This document shows, in pieces, positions 1 to 9,008 of a stretch of 21,854 nt of DNA. Numbering within the stretch: the first letter of the stretch is position 1; each line of letters begins with the position of its first letter. Origin of the DNA: PVC group bacterium (GTDB lineage Bacteria > Auribacterota > Erginobacteria > Erginobacterales > Erginobacteraceae); assembly GCA_043804695.1 (NCBI GenBank), contig JAZDIV010000120.1, forward strand, positions 1 through 21,854. The letters run 5' to 3'. Both the position numbers and the translations under genes were made by a program. The notes below the pieces were generated by a model. The model was not told the origin of the DNA. It saw only the letters and a list, made by a program, of their open reading frames with translations, and ran no database searches.

Positions 1-107
1 TACCTGAATATTGCACCACTGAGCTAAAAAAACACTAAAAAACCATCTGGGATCCGTTATATGATTGGTTGGCAAGAAAAACCCCAATCAGAACGGAGGT
101 AACCCAG

Positions 108-1532
108 ATGGTTAAAAGCAATGTTCGGGTAAAAAGATCGAGAAAGCAAGGGGAAAATCAGGGAAAAGGAAAGACCAAAAGCCGGACAATCCGAATAACC
201 GCGGATACGGTCTATGGGGAATGCACGGAACGATTGACCGCTTTTGGCGGCTTGCTGGCTCTGCTGAAATTTGTGGCTTTGATAAAATTTGAGGAGGTTT
301 TTGAAAAGTATTATACCAAACCGCGGCGAGAGCCGAAGCTGGGCAATTATCGGATGGTTTTGGGGATACTGATGCTTTTGTTCATCGGGTTTCAGCGCCT
401 GGGGCATTTTGCCTACTTGAGACACGATCCGATGTTGCTCGGGATTCTCCATGTGAAGGCATTGCCGGTGGTCAGCACCTTCTGGCGCTATTTGCGCTCG
501 CTGTCGATTATCCAGTCGGCTTCGCTGGTGCGGATGGGGGCACCGTTGCGGGCGAAGGTCTGGGCCTTGTGTGAATACGCGCCGAAGAGCGTCACGGTAA
601 ATATCGACACAACCGTCCAGACGGTATACGGGAAGGTTGAAGGGGCTCGGAAGGGACACAACCCCAAGCACCGGGGCAAGAAAGGACTGAGGCCGGTACT
701 GTGCTTTGTGGCCGAGACACGGGAATACCTGTGCGGGAGCCGGCGGCGAGGAGAAACCATCGGGAACACGGAAACAGCCCGGTACATTCGGCAGTTCCGG
801 GGCTTGTTGCCGGAATGCGTGGAGAACGTTCATGTCCGCGGGGATGGAGAGTTTATTGGCTGGGAAAGCGTGAAAGCCTGTCTGGATGAGGGTTTTACGT
901 ACACCTTCGGCAACAAACGGTGCGAGCCGCCTTTTCCGGATGAAGGATGGTATCAGCACGAAGAGTATGAATATAACGAATGCGTTTATCAGCCGGTGAA
1001 ATGGGAACAAGCCTGCCGTTTTGTGGTTATGCGCATTCGCAAGGATCAGATGGGGGATCGGCAGCTGAAGTTGCTCGACAGCGAAAATTATGTGTACCGG
1101 GTGTTTGTGACCGGCAGGCCAGAGGCCCCTCACTTGGTGATCGCGGATTATGATCAGAGGGCGGACGTGGAGAACTCGATCGCGGAAGCCCAGCACGAAG
1201 GACTGCTGGCGATCCCCTCGCGCAGTTTTCAGTCGCACCACGCCTTCTTCCAGATCGTAATGCTGGCTTATAATCTGTGGCGCTGGATGAAGATGCTGGC
1301 GGGCCACGCTGCCAAGGAGCAGGAGGCGGGCCGGGAAGTGCCGCCCGACCGGAAGATAAGTATGCCTGACCACACGATCCGGATTGCCCGTTTGAAGATG
1401 CTCTATGTTGCGGCCAAGATCACCGTTCATGGCAATACCAATAAGGTTTTGTATTCGATACACGAACAACGAGCTGCGGGTTTGACAGACTTTTTAAGAT
1501 ACCTGGATCGAAGACGAAAGGAGGCCGCGTAG
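108..1532 (+). CDS. IS1380 family DDE transposase
   Basis: ATG at 108 after GGAGGT (95-100). Motifs LTAFGGL, NIDTT, VRGDGEF, RADVENSIAE and LAYNL are typical of IS1380 transposases. ORF is intact. Confidence 0.9.
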   Translation: MVKSNVRVKRSRKQGENQGKGKTKSRTIRITADTVYGECTERLTAFGGLLALLKFVALIKFEEVFEKYYTKPRREPKLGNYRMVLGILMLLFIGFQRLGHFAYLRHDPMLLGILHVKALPVVSTFWRYLRSLSIIQSASLVRMGAPLRAKVWALCEYAPKSVTVNIDTTVQTVYGKVEGARKGHNPKHRGKKGLRPVLCFVAETREYLCGSRRRGETIGNTETARYIRQFRGLLPECVENVHVRGDGEFIGWESVKACLDEGFTYTFGNKRCEPPFPDEGWYQHEEYEYNECVYQPVKWEQACRFVVMRIRKDQMGDRQLKLLDSENYVYRVFVTGRPEAPHLVIADYDQRADVENSIAEAQHEGLLAIPSRSFQSHHAFFQIVMLAYNLWRWMKMLAGHAAKEQEAGREVPPDRKISMPDHTIRIARLKMLYVAAKITVHGNTNKVLYSIHEQRAAGLTDFLRYLDRRRKEAA

Positions 1533-1554
1533 CGTCGTTTTTTTTATTTGTTCA

Positions 1555-1576
1555 CGTGCAAAAAATTTTTTGCACG
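1555..1576. repeat. Perfect 22-bp palindrome inside the IS, made of IR-like sequence
   Basis: CGTGCAAAAAATTTTTTGCACG; each half repeats CGTGCAAAAA of the right terminal IR (1650-1659). Confidence 0.85.
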
Positions 1577-1674
1577 AGGCTCCAGAAAGAAAAAACTAAA
1601 CGGTACAACAGCTAAAAAATGATGATTGAAAAGCTAAAAATGTAAAAGTCGTGCAAAAATCAGGTATTATGTTA

Positions 1675-1708
1675 GTAGATACCCATGGGCATGTCCGTGA
1701 GTATCTAC
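1675..1708. repeat. REP-like GTAG...CTAC palindrome
   Basis: GTAGATACCCATGGGC-AT-GTCCGTGAGTATCTAC: outer 8 bp perfect, inner stem with G-T pairs. Confidence 0.55.
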
Positions 1709-1729
1709 AGAGCTAAGATCTTACGTCGG

Positions 1730-1756
1730 AATATATTTTCAGGGGGAAAATATATT
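1730..1756 (+). promoter_or_regulatory. AT-rich hairpin over thiL RBS and start codon
   Basis: AATATATTTTC-AGGGG-GAAAATATATT, perfect 11-bp stem, overlaps TTG at 1755. Confidence 0.6.
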
Positions 1757-2681
1757 GAAAATCGAAGAGATCGGCGAGTTCGGACTGATTGAAGACCTGG
1801 CCCGCCTTCTCCCGGAAGGCGAAGGCGTGATCAGGGGCATCGGGGATGACGCCGCCGTTGTCGCCGGCCGGACCAAAGACAGGTATCTGCTGCTCGCGAC
1901 CGACTCGATCGCCGAAGATGTCCATTTCCGCCGGTCGGCCGGCGCCCGGCGGATCGGCCGGAAAGCCCTGGCCGTCAACCTCTCCGACATCGCCGCCATG
2001 GGGGGAGTGCCTCTCTGGGCGGTGGTCAATCTGGGCGTCCCGGCCGGACTGACGGTCCGTTACTGCCGGGAACTCTACCGGGGGATGCGGGACCTGGCTG
2101 ATGAGTTCGGCCTCGGCATTGTCGGGGGAGACACCTTTCGCTCCCCCCCGGGGATCGTGATCTCGGTGACGGTGGTCGGCGAGGTTGAGAAAAAACGGTG
2201 CGTCTTCCGGGACGGCGCCCGCCCGGGAGACATCATCTGCGTGACCGGAGAACTGGGCGGCAGCGGCAAGAAACACCTCGATTTCACCCCCCGGATCCGG
2301 GAAGCCCGCTGCCTGGTGAAGGCCTTCTCTCCTACCGCCATGATCGACATCAGCGACGGCCTCTTCGCCGATCTCGGCCAGCTCTGCCGGGCGAGCGGAA
2401 CCGGGGCGGTGATCGGGGAGACGGCCCTTCCCCTGGCCCGGGGCGCCGGGAAAAGAGGGTCCCGGGCGGCCCGGAAAGCCGCCGGAAGGGGAGAGGAATT
2501 CGAGCTCTTATTTTCCCTCCCGGAAAGAGAGATCGGGAAACTTGTTCATTGCTTTGCCGCCGATACCGGGACCAGGGTAACTCCGATCGGGAAAATAATT
2601 GAAGGTAAAAACCGGCGGGAGTTTATTACTCGGGGCGGCCAGGTGGAGCCTTTTCCTGAAATAGGATACAGGCACTTTTAG
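1755..2681 (+). CDS. thiL: Thiamine-monophosphate kinase
   Basis: GEFGLI, GIGDDAA, KALAVNLSDIAAMGG, VGGDT, AMIDISDGL and GEEFELLF motifs; TTG start after AGGGGG. Confidence 0.95.
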   Translation: MKIEEIGEFGLIEDLARLLPEGEGVIRGIGDDAAVVAGRTKDRYLLLATDSIAEDVHFRRSAGARRIGRKALAVNLSDIAAMGGVPLWAVVNLGVPAGLTVRYCRELYRGMRDLADEFGLGIVGGDTFRSPPGIVISVTVVGEVEKKRCVFRDGARPGDIICVTGELGGSGKKHLDFTPRIREARCLVKAFSPTAMIDISDGLFADLGQLCRASGTGAVIGETALPLARGAGKRGSRAARKAAGRGEEFELLFSLPEREIGKLVHCFAADTGTRVTPIGKIIEGKNRREFITRGGQVEPFPEIGYRHF

Positions 2682-2741
2682 GCCGGCGGACCTCGCTCAT
2701 CCTGTGTGATTCAATGTAGGAATCTTGGAATTACCCGGCAA

Positions 2742-3185
2742 ATGGAAGAGGGCACTATATTAAAATACATCTCCCACAGTCCGGAAGAAACCGGGGAACT
2801 GGCGGAACGGTTCGCCGCCGATCTTCGGCCGGGCGATGTCATCGCTCTCCGGGGACCCCTCGGATCGGGCAAGACCTGTTTTGTTCAGGGATGCGCGCGG
2901 GGACTGGGGGTAGGGGAGCGGTATGTCACCTCGCCCACCTTTGTTCTGGTCCGGGAGTACCGGGGGAGACTGCCGCTCTATCACGTGGATCTCTACCGGC
3001 TTCAGCCGGGGCCGGAGATCGGCCTTCTGGGACTGGAGGAATACCTGGACGGAGGCGGGGTGACCGCCATCGAGTGGGCGGAGAAACTGGAGGATGTGCT
3101 TCCGGACCGGACAATCGATATCTCGTTCGGTTGCCTCGGGGAAACAACGAGAAAGATCGTTATTATTTTTCCGAAGGAAAAATAA
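2742..3185 (+). CDS. tsaE: tRNA threonylcarbamoyladenosine biosynthesis ATPase TsaE
   Basis: GPLGSGKT P-loop, VTSPTF, HVDLYRL, AIEWAE. Start uncertain (ATG 2742 vs GTG 2706). Confidence 0.93.
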   Translation: MEEGTILKYISHSPEETGELAERFAADLRPGDVIALRGPLGSGKTCFVQGCARGLGVGERYVTSPTFVLVREYRGRLPLYHVDLYRLQPGPEIGLLGLEEYLDGGGVTAIEWAEKLEDVLPDRTIDISFGCLGETTRKIVIIFPKEK

Positions 3186-3187
3186 TA
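3161..3187 (+). promoter_or_regulatory. AT-rich hairpin spanning tsaE stop and tsaB RBS
   Basis: TATTATTTTTCC-GAA-GGAAAAATAATA, perfect 12-bp stem ending just before GTG 3190. Confidence 0.6.
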
Positions 3188-3189
3188 CT

Positions 3190-3855
3190 GTGAAAGTACT
3201 GGGCATTGAGACATCGACCGCCGCCGGCAGCCTGGCCCTGGTGGAAGACGGTGAGGTCCGGGCCCGGGCGGACATTGACACCCGCCTCAGCCATTCCGCT
3301 CTCCTGATCCCGGTCCTGGACGATCTTCTCGCCGGGGCGGGGTGGAGCGTCGGCGACCTGGAAGGGGTCGGGGCGGGGCTGGGCCCGGGGTCGTTCACCG
3401 GGGTCAGGATCGGCCTGGCCGCCGCCCAGGGTCTTGCCTTCGGCTGCTCCATCCCCCTGGCCGGGATCGGGAGTTTTTCGGCCCTGGTCCGGGGGATCTC
3501 TCTCCCGCCGGGGATCATCGTTCCGCTTTGCGACGGGGGACGGGGCCGGATCTACGGCGGCCGGTACCGGAAGGACGGCTTCGCCGTGGAGGAACTGATT
3601 TCGCCCCGGATCGTCCCGGCCGGAGAGCTCGGGGAATTCTGCCGTGATGCCCGGATCGTCAGCCCCGACCGGGACCGGATCCGGGCGTTCCCGGGGGATG
3701 TCGCCGGGAAAATCGGGGAGGGGGAATGGGAAATCACCTTCCCCCGGGCGGAATGGGTTGCTATACTCGCGGAGGAAAAACTGCGCGGGAATCCGGCCTC
3801 CGAAATCGAGACCGCCGCCCCGATTTACCTCACCGGATATTGGGATAAGAAGTGA
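3190..3855 (+). CDS. tsaB: tRNA threonylcarbamoyladenosine biosynthesis protein TsaB
   Basis: Starts (M)KVLGIETST; HSALLIP, GLGPGSFTGVRIG, C-terminal PIYL; follows tsaE. Confidence 0.93.
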   Translation: MKVLGIETSTAAGSLALVEDGEVRARADIDTRLSHSALLIPVLDDLLAGAGWSVGDLEGVGAGLGPGSFTGVRIGLAAAQGLAFGCSIPLAGIGSFSALVRGISLPPGIIVPLCDGGRGRIYGGRYRKDGFAVEELISPRIVPAGELGEFCRDARIVSPDRDRIRAFPGDVAGKIGEGEWEITFPRAEWVAILAEEKLRGNPASEIETAAPIYLTGYWDKK

Positions 3856-3909
3856 CTGAAGAGCCTTAAAGCGTTAGAAAAAAGTTTAATTCCAGGAAAT
3901 TCAATAAGA

Positions 3910-4026
3910 GGTAAAGGTAAGGGTAACGATGCCCGTATCGGTGAGGGTAAGGGTGACGGCGGCCACGCTCGGCCCACGTAACCGTAACCGGAAGACGAAA
4001 CGGGCCTCGTCACCGTAACCTTAACC
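3910..4026. repeat. Long imperfect inverted repeat built from hexamer units (GGTRAG / CGTAAC)
   Basis: GGTAAAGGTAAGGGTAACGATGCCCGT (3910-3936) vs reverse complement of 4000-4026 match at 22/27; a second inner pair of hexamer tracts lies at 3939-3959 and 3977-3990. Confidence 0.8.
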
Positions 4027-4049
4027 GGTTGCGAACGAAGTGAGCTAAC

Positions 4050-5177
4050 TTGTATACATTGTTCAAAACCTGGGCCGAGATCGATCTCGGCGCGATCGAC
4101 TACAACATCAGACAGGTCCGGAAGTTGATCGGCCGGAAGGTGAAGATCCTGATCAGCGTCACGGCCGACGCCTACGGCCACGGAGTGATGCCGGTCTCCC
4201 GGGCGGCCCGGGCCGCCGGAGCGGAGTGGCTGGGAGTCTCGCACGTCAAGGAGGCGCTGGAACTCCGGTCCTTTTTCCCCGATGCGCCCATCCTGATTCT
4301 CAGCTCCGGCATGCGGGGCCACTCCGAGCCCCTTGTCCGCAACAACCTCACCCCCGTGGTCTGTTCCCTGGAGATCGCCCGGGACCTGGCCCAGGCGGCC
4401 ATCTGCGCCGGGAAGAAGGCCGATGTCCACGTGATGGTCGACACCGGGATGGGAAGGATCGGCGTCTGGCACGAGAACTGTCTCCCTTTTCTGGAGAAGA
4501 TATCCCGGATCAAGGGGATCAACCTGAAGGGGCTCGCCTCTCACTTTGCCGCGGCCGACGATCCCTCCTCCCCGTTTACCGGCATCCAGCTGGAACGCTT
4601 CCTGACGGTGGCGGACGGGCTGAAAAAGCGAGGGATCGATGTCCCCATCCGGCACATCGCCAACAGCGGAGCGCTGATCGATGTCAAAGAATCCCGTCTC
4701 GAGATGGTCCGGCCCGGAATCATGATCTACGGGGTCTACCCGGCTCGGCACCTGCGAAAACTGATCGACCTGAAGCCGGCATTGAGCTTGAAGACCCGGG
4801 TGGCATATCTGAAGACCGTTGAGCCGGGGCGGACCATCAGCTACGGGATGACCTACACGGTGAAAAAGAAAACCCGGGTGGCCACCCTTCCGATCGGGTA
4901 CGGGGACGGATACAGCCGCGCGCACTCCAACCGGGGCGAGGTGCTGATCCGGGGAAAGCGGGCCCCGATCATCGGGATCGTCACCATGGATCAAACCATG
5001 GTCGACGTGGGGTCTATCGAGGGGGTGGCGGTGGGGGACGAGGCGGTCCTGATCGGGGAGCAGGGCGGCGAGCGGATCACCGCCGAGGATGCCGCCGAGC
5101 GGATCGGCACCATTTCCTACGAGGTACTCGTCCAGCTGGGCAAGCGGGTTTCGAGGGTGTATAAAGATATAAATTAG
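4050..5177 (+). CDS. alr: Alanine racemase homologue (PLP lysine replaced by Thr)
   Basis: TWAEIDL, ADAYGHG, VDTGMGRIG, SHFA, HIANSG, VRPGIMIYG, ISYG, PIGYGDG, MDQTMVD, GTISYE. The VKADAYGHG motif reads VTADAYGHG. TTG start uncertain (4050 or 4059). Confidence 0.9.
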   Translation: MYTLFKTWAEIDLGAIDYNIRQVRKLIGRKVKILISVTADAYGHGVMPVSRAARAAGAEWLGVSHVKEALELRSFFPDAPILILSSGMRGHSEPLVRNNLTPVVCSLEIARDLAQAAICAGKKADVHVMVDTGMGRIGVWHENCLPFLEKISRIKGINLKGLASHFAAADDPSSPFTGIQLERFLTVADGLKKRGIDVPIRHIANSGALIDVKESRLEMVRPGIMIYGVYPARHLRKLIDLKPALSLKTRVAYLKTVEPGRTISYGMTYTVKKKTRVATLPIGYGDGYSRAHSNRGEVLIRGKRAPIIGIVTMDQTMVDVGSIEGVAVGDEAVLIGEQGGERITAEDAAERIGTISYEVLVQLGKRVSRVYKDIN

Positions 5178-5194
5178 CTTCCTTTGGTCGCTAA

Positions 5195-5223
5195 TTTAGA
5201 TGTTAATCACATTGTGCTATAAT
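5195..5223 (+). promoter_or_regulatory. Putative sigma70 promoter for the ilv-leu genes
   Basis: TTTAGA (5195-5200), 17-bp spacer, TG-c-TATAAT extended -10 (5215-5223). Confidence 0.6.
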
Positions 5224-5252
5224 ACATTCAGATTGATGGTAATATTATTTTC

Positions 5253-5297
5253 TTTTTTATTCATCCGGATTTTGTAAAAATCCGGATGAATAAAAAA
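5253..5297 (+). promoter_or_regulatory. 21-bp perfect hairpin in the ilvD leader, abutting the RBS
   Basis: TTTTTTATTCATCCGGATTTT-GTA-AAAATCCGGATGAATAAAAAA, followed directly by AGGAG (5298-5302). Could also act as a minus-strand terminator. Confidence 0.65.
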
Positions 5298-5311
5298 AGG
5301 AGTACATGCCC

Positions 5312-7003
5312 ATGACTGCCCAAAAACGGAAGAAGAAACCTCTTCAGCTGAGAAGCGAAGCCACCAAGATCGGGCTGGAACGGGCACCCCACCGGTGCCT
5401 GATGTACGCCACCGGGGTGGACCCGGCCGACTTCAAAAAACCTTATGTCGGCGTGGTCTCCAGTTTCACCGATCTCATCCCCGGGCATGTGGGGATGAGG
5501 GACCTGGAGCGGGCGATCGAGAACGGCGTCTACGCCGGCGGGGGACGGCCCTTTCTTTTTTCGGTGCCGGGGATCTGCGACGGGGTCGCCATGGGCCATC
5601 CCGGGATGTTCTGCTCTCTGCCGACCCGCGAGTTGATCGCCGACATGATCGAGATGGTCACCCAGGGCCACGCCCTGGACGGGCTGGTCCTGCTGACCAA
5701 CTGCGACAAGATCACGCCCGGGATGCTGATGGCCGCCGCCCGGCTCAATATCCCGGCCATCGCGGTTACCGCCGGGCCGATGCTGGCCGGCCATTACAAC
5801 GGGCGCCGGCTCTCCCTGGTCAGGGATACTTTCGAAGCGGTCGGGAGGGCGCAGGCGGGGCAGATCAGCGCGGCGGCGGTCCGGGAGCTGGAGATCCGGG
5901 CCTGCCCCGGGGCCGGCTCCTGCCAGGGGATGTACACCGCCAACACCATGGCCTGCATCACCGAGGCGATCGGGATGAGCCTGTGCGGCTGCGCCACCGC
6001 GCCGGCCGTCTCGGCCGACAAGAAAAGGATCGCCTACCGCAGCGGGCAGAGGATCGTCTCCCTGATCGGGGAGAATGTCTGCGCCCGGGATATCATGACC
6101 CGCCGGGCTCTGGAGAACGGGATCGCGATCGACATGACTTTGGGCGGCTCCACCAACACCGTCCTTCACCTGATGGCGCTGGCCCGTGAACTGGAGATCG
6201 ATCTCCCGCTTTCGGAGTTCGACCGGATCAGCCGGAAAACTCCCCACCTCGCGAACATGCGGCCGGGGGGAGAGCACATGATGGAAGATCTCGACCGGGC
6301 GGGCGGCGTCCCGGCGGTGATGAAGGCCCTGGGAGGCCGGATTCACGACCTGCCGACGGTCAATGGCCTGAGCTGGAAGATGATCGCCGGGCGGGCCCGC
6401 ATTCTTGACCCGGAGGTCATCAGGAAGACTTCCCGGGCCTATCACGACGAGGGGGGGATCGCGATCCTCCGCGGGAATCTGGCCCCGGAGGGAGCGGTGA
6501 TCAAGCAGAGCGCCGTCGCCCCTTCGGTCCGGTGCTTTACCGGAAAGGCCCGGGTGTTTGATTCGGAGGAGGCGGGGATGCGGGCCCTGATGCAGGGGAA
6601 GATCGCCGGGGGCACGGTGGTGGTGATCCGCTATGAGGGTCCGCGGGGAGGCCCCGGGATGCGGGAGATGCTCTCCCTGACCTCGGCCATCGTCGGGATG
6701 GGGAGGGGAGAGGAGGTGGCCCTGATCACCGACGGGAGGTTTTCCGGGGGGACCAAGGGTCCCTGCGTCGGGCATGTCTCTCCCGAGGCGGCGGCAGGCG
6801 GCCCGATCGCCCTCGTCCGGGACGGCGACGAAATCACCCTTGACATCCCGGCCCGCCTTCTGCAGGTTGCACTGACCGGGAAGGAATTGGCGGCGCGCCG
6901 GAGATCGTGGAAGCCGATGAAAAAAAAGCTGACCGGCTACCTGGCCCGCTATGCCGCCCAGGTGATGTCGGCGTCGGACGGGGCGGTGCTGAAGGCGCTG
7001 TAA
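5312..7003 (+). CDS. ilvD: Dihydroxy-acid dehydratase
   Basis: [73 protein letters not shown] 5312 has better SD spacing than ATG 5306. Confidence 0.97.
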   Translation: MTAQKRKKKPLQLRSEATKIGLERAPHRCLMYATGVDPADFKKPYVGVVSSFTDLIPGHVGMRDLERAIENGVYAGGGRPFLFSVPGICDGVAMGHPGMFCSLPTRELIADMIEMVTQGHALDGLVLLTNCDKITPGMLMAAARLNIPAIAVTAGPMLAGHYNGRRLSLVRDTFEAVGRAQAGQISAAAVRELEIRACPGAGSCQGMYTANTMACITEAIGMSLCGCATAPAVSADKKRIAYRSGQRIVSLIGENVCARDIMTRRALENGIAIDMTLGGSTNTVLHLMALARELEIDLPLSEFDRISRKTPHLANMRPGGEHMMEDLDRAGGVPAVMKALGGRIHDLPTVNGLSWKMIAGRARILDPEVIRKTSRAYHDEGGIAILRGNLAPEGAVIKQSAVAPSVRCFTGKARVFDSEEAGMRALMQGKIAGGTVVVIRYEGPRGGPGMREMLSLTSAIVGMGRGEEVALITDGRFSGGTKGPCVGHVSPEAAAGGPIALVRDGDEITLDIPARLLQVALTGKELAARRRSWKPMKKKLTGYLARYAAQVMSASDGAVLKAL

Positions 7004-7026
7004 TCAGTAATCAGTAATCAGTGATC
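7001..7026. repeat. Heptamer tandem repeat (TAATCAG)x3 + TGATC
   Basis: Begins with the ilvD stop codon TAA. Confidence 0.85.
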
Positions 7027-7049
7027 TATTATTTTCGGAGAAAATAATA
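7027..7049 (+). promoter_or_regulatory. AT-rich hairpin over ilvB RBS
   Basis: TATTATTTTC-GGA-GAAAATAATA, perfect 10-bp stem, GGAG at the loop, ATG at 7052. Confidence 0.6.
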
Positions 7050-7051
7050 TA

Positions 7052-8716
7052 ATGAAAGGAGCCAAGCTGCTGATCGATTGCCTGGTCAAAGAAGGAGTTA
7101 AGGTCATCTTCGGGTACCCGGGCGGAGCGGTGCTCGATATCTTTGATGAACTGAAGAAATTCCCGATCCGGTTTATCCTGACCCGGCACGAGCAGGGAGC
7201 AGCTCACGCCGCCGACGGCTACGCCCGCGCCTCGGGCCGGGTGGGGGTCTGCCTCGCCACCTCCGGGCCGGGGGCGACCAACCTGGTCACGGGGATCGCC
7301 ACCGCCTACATGGATTCCATTCCGGTCGTGGCGTTGACCGGGCAGGTCCCCACCTCGATGATCGGGAACGACGCCTTCCAGGAAGCCGACATCGTCGGGA
7401 TCACCCGCCCGATCACCAAGCACAACTACCTGGTCACCGACGTGGACGAGCTCCCGCGGATCATCAAGGAGGCCTTCCACTTGGCCGGCACCGGCCGCCC
7501 CGGTCCGGTTCTGGTCGATCTGCCCAAGGATGTCCAGCAGGCGCAGTCATCGCGGCCCTATCCCCGGAAGGTGCACATCCCCGGATACAACCCGGTTTAT
7601 TCCGGGCACCCCCGGCAGATCGAGAAGCTGGCCCAGGCGATCAGCCAGGCCCGCCAGCCGGTCCTCTACGTGGGGGGCGGCGCGATCGCGTCGGGGGCGG
7701 CGGAGGAAGTGAGGAAGCTTGCCGACCGGGCCTCCATCCCGGTGACCACCACCCTGATGGCCCTGGGGGTGTACCCGGAGACCAGTCCCCTCTCTCTGGG
7801 GATGCTGGGGATGCACGGGACCCAGTACGCCAACTACGCCGTCAGCGACGCCGACCTGATCATCGCCGTCGGGGCCCGTTTTGACGACCGGATCACCGGC
7901 AAGATCAGCGAGTTCGCCCCCCATGCCCGGATCGCCCACATCGACATCGACCCGACCTCTCTGAAGAAGAGCGTGCGGGTCGACATCCCCGTGGTCGGGG
8001 ATGTCCGGATGGTTTTGAAAGAATTGAACAGGATCGTCAAGCCCGGAAGCTACGGACCCTGGCTCAAGCAGATCAGGGAGTGGAAGAAGAAGTTCCCCCT
8101 GACCTACCAGGATCAGGGGCCGATCCCGCCCCAGTACGTCATCGAGCAAATCTACCGGGTGACGAAGGGCAGGGCCATCATCTGCACGGAAGTCGGCCAG
8201 AACCAGATGTGGACCGCCCAGTTTTACCCCTTCACCGAGCCGCGGACCTTCCTCTCGTCCGGCGGCCTCGGGACCATGGGGTACGGTTTCCCGGCGGCGA
8301 TCGGGGCCCAGGTCGCCTGCCCGGATCGGGTTGTCTTCGACATCGCCGGCGACGGGAGCATCCAGATGAACATCCAGGAGCTGGCCACCGCGGTCACCAA
8401 CAGCCTCCCCGTCAAGGTGGCCATCCTGAACAACGGGTACCTGGGGATGGTCCGGCAGTGGCAGGAACTCTTCTACAAGAAGAATTACGCGGGGACGGAG
8501 CTGATCGGGAACCCCGACTTTGTGCGGCTGGCCGAGGCGTACGGGGCCTGCGGCATCCGGGTGGAAAAGAAAAACGATGTGATCCCGGCATTGAAAAAGG
8601 CGCTCAAGTACAAAGGCCCGGTCCTGATCGATTTCCGGATCGCCCGGGAGGAGAACGTCTGGCCGATGGTCCCGGCCGGGGCCTCCATCCGCCATATGCT
8701 GAGCGGGATGGCTTGA
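7052..8716 (+). CDS. ilvB: Acetolactate synthase large (catalytic) subunit
   Basis: [50 protein letters not shown]...NN ThDP motif, GMVRQWQ. Confidence 0.97.
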   Translation: MKGAKLLIDCLVKEGVKVIFGYPGGAVLDIFDELKKFPIRFILTRHEQGAAHAADGYARASGRVGVCLATSGPGATNLVTGIATAYMDSIPVVALTGQVPTSMIGNDAFQEADIVGITRPITKHNYLVTDVDELPRIIKEAFHLAGTGRPGPVLVDLPKDVQQAQSSRPYPRKVHIPGYNPVYSGHPRQIEKLAQAISQARQPVLYVGGGAIASGAAEEVRKLADRASIPVTTTLMALGVYPETSPLSLGMLGMHGTQYANYAVSDADLIIAVGARFDDRITGKISEFAPHARIAHIDIDPTSLKKSVRVDIPVVGDVRMVLKELNRIVKPGSYGPWLKQIREWKKKFPLTYQDQGPIPPQYVIEQIYRVTKGRAIICTEVGQNQMWTAQFYPFTEPRTFLSSGGLGTMGYGFPAAIGAQVACPDRVVFDIAGDGSIQMNIQELATAVTNSLPVKVAILNNGYLGMVRQWQELFYKKNYAGTELIGNPDFVRLAEAYGACGIRVEKKNDVIPALKKALKYKGPVLIDFRIAREENVWPMVPAGASIRHMLSGMA

Positions 8717-8743
8717 TTATTTTTTCTTTCGGAAAAAATAATC
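8715..8743. repeat. AT-rich hairpin starting in the ilvB stop codon
   Basis: GATTATTTTTTC-TTTCG-GAAAAAATAATC, perfect 12-bp stem. Confidence 0.7.
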
Positions 8744-8747
8744 GTGT

Positions 8748-8815
8748 CAACTCGATTTACAGGTAAATCGAGTTGGTTTTGAACAATGCCGGAGTTTGTA
8801 TTGAGAGCAGGATAA
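8748..8815 (+). repeat. Hairpin + TTTTGAACAATGCC module, copy 1
   Basis: CAACTCGATTTAC-AG-GTAAATCGAGTTG, then TTTTGAACAATGCCGGAG; homologous to 9485-9572. Confidence 0.8.
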
Positions 8816-8985
8816 CAAGGAACTGATCATATCAGGCCTGTATTCAAGCACTTGCTGGCAGGAGCGTATTGTCGATTGCGGTATTGCGGACCGATGGAAA
8901 ATGTTGTCCTGCCATATCGGAAGACAGTATCCGATTGCCGTTTAACCGGGATTACTTATCCTAAGATATTGGACGAAGAATAATC

Positions 8986-9008
8986 TATTTTTTCCGGAGG
9001 AAAAAATA
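8986..9008 (+). promoter_or_regulatory. AT-rich hairpin over ilvN RBS and start
   Basis: TATTTTTTCC-GGA-GGAAAAAATA, perfect 10-bp stem containing GGAGG and the A of ATG 9008. Confidence 0.6.

Larger units (their letters stand above)
3..1664 (+). mobile_element. Complete IS1380-family insertion sequence (1662 bp)
   Basis: Terminal inverted repeats CCTGAATATTGCACCACT (3-20) and AGTCGTGCAAAAATCAGG (1647-1664) match at 15/18. CCT...AGG ends, size and single transposase fit IS1380/ISEcp1. Right flank TATTA and left flank TA (window edge) are compatible with an AT-rich target duplication that cannot be fully seen. Confidence 0.9.

Noticed and set aside
1626..1670. ISEcp1-like outward or hybrid promoter driving thiL
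   Set aside because: TTGAAA (1626) has no -10 at proper spacing, and TATTAT (1665) has no good -35.
5224..5305. Classical leader-peptide attenuator or T-box before ilvD
   Set aside because: The leader is short, the hairpin is followed by As rather than Ts on the sense strand, and no T-box motif is visible.
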